DNA of 48,338 nucleotides. It comes from an uncultured Chthoniobacter sp. (GTDB taxonomy: Bacteria > Verrucomicrobiota > Verrucomicrobiia > Chthoniobacterales > Terrimicrobiaceae). The first letter of the stretch is position 1; the number at the start of each line of letters is the position of its first letter. The DNA is taken from the NCBI GenBank assembly GCA_964628505.1, contig CAZVPK010000001.1, positions 1-48,338 on the forward strand, in the 5' to 3' direction. This document shows positions 44,323-48,338 of the stretch, piece after piece. The notes beneath the pieces are model-generated. The model did no database searches. It was not told the origin of the DNA and saw only the letters and a list, made by a program, of their open reading frames with translations. Both the position numbers and the translations under genes were made by a program.

Positions 44323-45750
44323 TCACCAGGTGTAAAGAACGGTGTAGACGAGCTTGCGCTCCTCGCCGGGTTTCACAGGGATGCGGAACTCGATCTCGTT
44401 GGCGCTCTTCTTCTCGAAGGGATCGCTTTTGGCGGTGATCTCCCAATTGGCCGAGCGGAGCAAACCCTCGACCACGCGGATGACGACCGGTTCCTTTTTC
44501 CGGTTGCGGAGCAGGATCTCGAAGGATTCCTCGGTGCGTTTGTTGGCGGAGTCCACGCGGAAATTCGTGCGCTTGCGCTCGCCGACCAGGTCGAAGGCGT
44601 TGCCGGTGAAAATCCGCACCAACTCGTCGACGGGCGTGTGGTCGATTTCGTTCTCGCCGGTGAATTCGAGTTGGCCGGCGTCCACCCGGTAAAAGCGGAC
44701 GCGACCCTTGGGAAGCGGGATTCCCAACCGGTTTTCCTTCGAATTGCGGAACTCGCGGAAGACCGAGATTTTCGTGTCGCCGCCCCCGCCGAAATCCTCG
44801 CTGGTGAGGCGGAACCGGGCGTCGGCCCCGGACCAGCGGCGCGAATCGCCCGCGCCGGGATCGAAGAGGTAGATCGTTTCGGAGGCCACGCCGGCGGCCC
44901 GGAGGAACTCGACCTGCTTGGTCTCGCGGTCGCGGAGCGTGGTCGGACGGGCAAGCGTGTAGAGGTGGAATTCGTCGAAGGCCTTTTCGGTGACGGCGGC
45001 TTCCTCGGGAACCGCGGCCATGGCCATCATGCGCTCGCGCATCATGGCGCGCGGCGGCTGGATTTTCGAGACATCGCCGGCCATGAGCTTGATCGCGGCC
45101 TGCTCGAAATCGCGGCCGGAGCGGTTCTCCATCGTGATCCAGCCGACCACATCGAGGGAGTCCCCCGTCTCCGGGGAAACAAGGTTGTAGCTCGCCTGCC
45201 ACGAGAGCCCGGCGGTGATGTAGCCGATCCCGGCCTCCACCTTCGCCGCGGTGGGCGATTGGATTTTCCATTCGAGCCGGGGCTTCAAAACCGTGCCGTC
45301 GCCGAGCGAGGGAAACAGGGGTTGGCCGGGCAGGCCGAACCGGATCATGCCGTCCGCCTCGACCACGGGCTCGGAGGCGCCGTCGGGGCCGTTGTATCCC
45401 GACCGCAGGATTTTCGCGCGGATCGTGCGATCGGGCTTCTGCTCCTCGCGGACGACGAAATCGAGCGACTGCCCCTCGAAAAGCGACAGCAGATAGGACT
45501 GTGTGAGCGGATCGTTGCGGTAGTTCTGCTCCAAAACGCGCAGGGGCTGGCCCGCCTTGTCGCGGAGAACAACGGAATCGGGTTCGAGTTGGAGCGTGGC
45601 ACCGTCGTAGTGCGCGGCGTTCTCGCCCTCGCGAAGGTCGAGGGAGAGGGAATCGCGGACGACGGCGAAGTCCTGGTTGTAGATCGTGAGGCCCGGCGCG
45701 GCGAAAACGGCGGACGAGGCGAGAAGAAGAATGGCGAGCGGTTTGATCAT
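44323..45750 (-). CDS. DUF4139 domain protein (secreted)
   Basis: The ATG at 45748-45750 gives MIKPLAILLLASSAVFA|AP, a signal peptide. LTIYNQDFAVVRD...GLSWQASYN...GWITMENRSG are typical DUF4139 (MuiA-like) blocks. The upstream part of the 619-aa track ORF is rejected. Confidence 0.7.
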   Translation of the reverse strand: MIKPLAILLLASSAVFAAPGLTIYNQDFAVVRDSLSLDLREGENAAHYDGATLQLEPDSVVLRDKAGQPLRVLEQNYRNDPLTQSYLLSLFEGQSLDFVVREEQKPDRTIRAKILRSGYNGPDGASEPVVEADGMIRFGLPGQPLFPSLGDGTVLKPRLEWKIQSPTAAKVEAGIGYITAGLSWQASYNLVSPETGDSLDVVGWITMENRSGRDFEQAAIKLMAGDVSKIQPPRAMMRERMMAMAAVPEEAAVTEKAFDEFHLYTLARPTTLRDRETKQVEFLRAAGVASETIYLFDPGAGDSRRWSGADARFRLTSEDFGGGGDTKISVFREFRNSKENRLGIPLPKGRVRFYRVDAGQLEFTGENEIDHTPVDELVRIFTGNAFDLVGERKRTNFRVDSANKRTEESFEILLRNRKKEPVVIRVVEGLLRSANWEITAKSDPFEKKSANEIEFRIPVKPGEERKLVYTVLYTW

Positions 45751-45904
45751 GCCGCCAGAATTGCCGCGAACCCGCCGCGGGGCAAGGTGGGCCTTGGGGG
45801 AAATTCGAAACCGGGAATCCGCGGCCGGGGGGAATGCGCGCCGGGCGGCGGCGGGACAAAAAGGGTTGCCTGCCGATGGGCAAAAATTCAACCTGCGGGC
45901 TGAT

Positions 45905-46318
45905 ATGAAAATCAAACCAACCCTCGCAGTTCTTGCCTCCGCAACCCTCGTCCTGGCCTCTTGCGACCAGGCCGGCAAAGACGCCCAGACCGCCGTTGAA
46001 AAAACCGGTGGCGCTGTCGAAGCCACCGCCGAAGGCGTGAAGACCGTCGCCGAAGAGGCGAATGACACCGCCAAAGCCGCTGTCGAAGAAGCCAACACCG
46101 CCGTGGTCGACACCGCGAAGGCCGCCGGCGATGCCGTGAAGACCGGTGTCCAGGAAGCCAATTCGGCCGCCGTGGCCACCACCGAGGCGGTTCAAGCCGT
46201 CGCCGAGGAGGCGAATGATGCCGCGAAAACCGCCGTGGGCGAAGCGAACCAAGCCGTCATCGAGACGGGCGACGCCGTCAAGGACGCTGCCCAGGATGTG
46301 CAGAACAAGGTGGAATAA
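45905..46318 (+). CDS. Lipoprotein made of about ten 11-residue amphipathic repeats (LEA/apolipoprotein-like)
   Basis: MKIKPTLAVLASATLVLASC|DQ (lipobox L-A-S-C). The mature part contains only A/V/E/T/K/D/G/N/Q/S/I and is periodic at 11 aa (AVEATAEGVKT VAEEANDTAKA AVEEANTAVVD ...). Confidence 0.7.
   Translation: MKIKPTLAVLASATLVLASCDQAGKDAQTAVEKTGGAVEATAEGVKTVAEEANDTAKAAVEEANTAVVDTAKAAGDAVKTGVQEANSAAVATTEAVQAVAEEANDAAKTAVGEANQAVIETGDAVKDAAQDVQNKVE
46036..46250. repeat. Internal near-duplicate DNA segment within the repeat lipoprotein gene
   Basis: gtcgccgaagaggcgaatgacaccgccaaagccgctgtcgaagaagccaac (46036-46086) versus gtcgccgaggaggcgaatgatgccgcgaaaaccgccgtgggcgaagcgaac (46199-46249). Confidence 0.7.
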
Positions 46319-46342
46319 TCTCCCGCCAATACGAATCAACCG

Positions 46343-46378
46343 ACCGCCGTCCGCCAAAACGGACGGCGGTTTTTTTAT
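46343..46378 (+). terminator. Rho-independent terminator shared by convergent genes
   Basis: 10-11-bp stem ACCGCCGTCC (46343-46352) / GGACGGCGGT (46361-46370), then TTTTTTATTT. The T-tract overlaps the TAA stop (46375-46377) of the convergent LMF-like gene. Confidence 0.7.
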
Positions 46379-48165
46379 TTCAGGGAAACCTCGGGGCAGT
46401 AGATGGCGGCGGGTTCGGCGCGCCACCAACCGGGCTCGCCGGGGCGGGTGAACGAGTAGTCGTCGGAGAGGGCGCGGAGGAATTTCGGCGGGGCGTCGGG
46501 GAAGGGGTTGGTTTTGAGGAGGGCCAGGACTTCGGGCGAGCCTTGCAGGAGGCGGAGGAGGAGGGATTGGAACCAAGGGTTGTTTTCGATGCGGCCGAGG
46601 GCGGCGAACCACATTTGCCAGTCGAGGCGGGGTTGGTAGGGAGCGACGATCGGGAGCGGGCGGTCGAGCGGGCCGGGCTTCCAGTGGAACTCGTAGGTTT
46701 TCCAGTCGAGGCCGTCGTCGCTGCCTTGGATCAGGATTTCGCGGCGGGTGGTGGTCATGACGGCGAAGAGTCCGTAGCCGTTCACGGTTCGGAACGGGGC
46801 GAGGCGGGAGGAGACTTCGGCGAGCGGGGTGAGGACCGGGGGCATCGTGCGGAACGAGGAAACAAGCGGGATGAGGGACATGACGAGGATCGCGCAGAGA
46901 ACGGGAATGCGGACCCAGCGCGTGACGAACACGGCGGGCGTTGGTTTTTTTTGAAGGAGCTTCGGCCAGCAGCGGTCGTCGAGGAGGAGCAGGCAGAGGG
47001 CCACAGTGAGGAGGTTGAAGAAGGCGTAGTTGCCGGTGAGGGCGATGCCGATTTGGAGGGCGATGGTGGACCACACGGCGACGAGGCGGGGGTTTCGCGG
47101 GAGGAAAAATGCGAAGGGGAGGACGAGTTCGATGACGAACATCAGGGCGCAGGCGACTTGCAGGAGGTCGATGGGGAGTTGGTGCGCGAACCAAGCGAGG
47201 GGGTTCGGGAGCGGTTGGGTGAAGAAGTGGAATTGGAGGGCTTCGAGATTCGCCCAGACGGGATCGCCGCTGGAGAGTTTCACGACGCCGGAGCAGAACA
47301 TGAGGCGGAAGAGCAGGGCCACGGCGACGAAGCGGGCGAGGCGGGGTGGGGCGGCGGCAAGGCAATCGGGGCGGAGTCGCCAGGGGGCGAGGAAGATCGC
47401 GAGGAAGCCGGTTTCGATGAGGAGCGAGTCCCATTGGAAACTGTAGAAATCCTGACCCGCGACGCAGAGCGAGAGCATGGCGGCCCAGAGGATGGCGAAG
47501 CAGAGCGGTTGCAGGATGCCGAGGAGGGCGACGAGGGACACGGCGATGCCGATGTTTGCGAGCAGGGCGAGGGTGGCGTCGGTGGGCGAGAGCCAGACGA
47601 GCGAGGGGAGGACTTGGAATGCGCGGTCGCCGAGGTGGTTTTTTGCGGCCTCGAAAAACGCGGCGGCGGGGAGGATGCCGTTGGAGCCGTTGAGGCCGGG
47701 GATTTGGATTTTGTAGGAGATGAAGGCGATGAGGAAGACGAGCGCGAGGAGGCGGAGGAAGACGCCGTTGGCGATGGCGAAGGAGGGCTTTTGCGTGGAG
47801 GCGCCCCAGAGGAGTTTGGTGAGGAGGGAGAAGGCGACGCGGTGGTTCGCGACAAAGTCGTAGGCGGATTCGGAGAGGCGGGCGACGAGGGGGAGTTTGT
47901 TGTAAGCGGCGAATCCGGCGCGGGCGGCGAGGCTGTGGGGCGCGGTGAGTTCGAGGACCGCGGCGGCTCCGGAGGCGCGGGAGCGGTCGGGGCGGATCAA
48001 CTTGACGGCGCGGTCGAAGTCCTCGGGCGGGATTTCCGGAAAATCGGCGGCGGCCTCGGAGGAGGGTTTGTAATCGACGGAGTCGCCGGTGAGGTCGCGC
48101 CAACGCTCGATCCACTTGCGGCAGAATCCGCACGAGCCGTCGAAGACCACCAGCGGGCGGGTCAT
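46375..48165 (-). CDS. Fusion protein: N-terminal DCC-family thiol-disulfide oxidoreductase (DUF393) + lipase maturation factor (LMF1/HTTM-like) polytopic domain
   Basis: N-terminus VVFDGSCGFCRKWIERW (DCC CxxC motif). The body has about 10 TM segments with FQWDSLLIETGFLAIFLAP (LMF/HTTM-type motif) and an LMF-like C-terminal lumenal domain (WKTYEFHWKPG...PYQPRLDWQMWFAAL). Confidence 0.7.
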   Translation of the reverse strand: MTRPLVVFDGSCGFCRKWIERWRDLTGDSVDYKPSSEAAADFPEIPPEDFDRAVKLIRPDRSRASGAAAVLELTAPHSLAARAGFAAYNKLPLVARLSESAYDFVANHRVAFSLLTKLLWGASTQKPSFAIANGVFLRLLALVFLIAFISYKIQIPGLNGSNGILPAAAFFEAAKNHLGDRAFQVLPSLVWLSPTDATLALLANIGIAVSLVALLGILQPLCFAILWAAMLSLCVAGQDFYSFQWDSLLIETGFLAIFLAPWRLRPDCLAAAPPRLARFVAVALLFRLMFCSGVVKLSSGDPVWANLEALQFHFFTQPLPNPLAWFAHQLPIDLLQVACALMFVIELVLPFAFFLPRNPRLVAVWSTIALQIGIALTGNYAFFNLLTVALCLLLLDDRCWPKLLQKKPTPAVFVTRWVRIPVLCAILVMSLIPLVSSFRTMPPVLTPLAEVSSRLAPFRTVNGYGLFAVMTTTRREILIQGSDDGLDWKTYEFHWKPGPLDRPLPIVAPYQPRLDWQMWFAALGRIENNPWFQSLLLRLLQGSPEVLALLKTNPFPDAPPKFLRALSDDYSFTRPGEPGWWRAEPAAIYCPEVSLK

Positions 48166-48338
48166 TTTTTCAACAGACGCCGAAGCGCTTCGGCGGGATT
48201 TTCGACGGTCTGCGGGGTGACGGTGAGCGAGCGCAGGCGGGATGAGGGCAGGCGGAATTTGAGGTCGCGGAAGACGCGCTCGAGAACGGTCATGAGCCCG
48301 CGCGCGCCGGTTTCCTCGTCGCGGGCGAGTTCGGCGAG
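48162..48338 (-). CDS. clpX: ATP-dependent Clp protease ATP-binding subunit ClpX, C-terminal 58 aa (partial)
   Basis: Hand translation gives LAELARDEETGARGLMTVLERVFRDLKFRLPSSRLRSLTVTPQTVENPAEALRRLLKK*. TGARGL + L.D.MF.LPS is the ClpX sensor-2/C-terminal pattern (an HslU-like AAA+ protein is not fully excluded). Its stop overlaps the next ATG (ATGA). Confidence 0.7.
   Translation of the reverse strand, partial: LAELARDEETGARGLMTVLERVFRDLKFRLPSSRLRSLTVTPQTVENPAEALRRLLKK

Noticed and set aside
44108-48133. 1341-aa minus-strand ORF
   Set aside because: It crosses four independently supported genes in wrong frames or strands (obg 3' end, DUF4139, the lipoprotein, LMF). It is an extreme Arg/Pro-rich shadow ORF.
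1-48338. tRNA, rRNA, CRISPR arrays, IS elements, prophage, or canonical defence/toxin-antitoxin genes
   Set aside because: Reading both strands, I found no T-loop/anticodon-arm-like cloverleaf candidates, no rRNA-like conserved blocks, no spaced repeats, and no transposase, integrase, nuclease or methylase signatures. This is a by-eye search, so tRNAscan-SE, Infernal, and PADLOC or DefenseFinder should confirm it.

Overview
48.3-kb, GC-rich (roughly mid-60s % by eye), gene-dense chromosomal segment. I support about 47 protein-coding genes on both strands. Protein content (GT87/DUF2029, DUF4139, TamB-like, DUF2062, LMF-like, MGDG-synthase-like GT28, many GTG/TTG starts) suggests a PVC/Verrucomicrobia (Opitutae-like) genome; this is inference only. 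Left to right: ALDH (partial)-deoC; plsY-gpsA-GT4; Na+/alanine symporter; a long AT-rich spacer with a sigma-54 promoter match and a hairpin; a 39-aa lipoprotein; an RND efflux pair (adaptor + pump) preceded by two small unknown ORFs; DoxX-OYE; fabV; a TPR membrane protein; bcp; a long minus-strand run rpmE-prfA-unknown(533 aa)-GT28-GH1-GT87-mini sigma/anti-sigma; mscS; PAP2-ArnT-like; purE-tsaC-murJ; FAD monooxygenase + FMN-less CysJ-like reductase; mpl; MFS; TamB-like; a DUF2062 three-gene unit; class-III aminotransferase; obg; DUF4139; an 11-mer-repeat lipoprotein; a DCC-LMF fusion; clpX (partial). By eye I found no rRNA, tRNA, CRISPR array, transposase, integrase or phage genes. This reads as an ordinary core/envelope region, and I cannot point to a convincing complete novel multi-gene system. 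The best leads are: (1) a perfect sigma-54 -24/-12 match feeding straight into an ~80-nt hairpin plus U-tract, a candidate sigma-54-dependent sRNA; (2) two ATGA-coupled unknown small ORFs heading the RND operon; (3) a DCC thiol-oxidoreductase::lipase-maturation-factor fusion translationally coupled to clpX; (4) an unknown 533-aa Arg-rich protein between prfA and a glycolipid-type GT cluster; (5) a DUF2062/membrane/84-aa ATGA-coupled triad. Many very long ORFs in the track are GC-driven shadow ORFs and are rejected.
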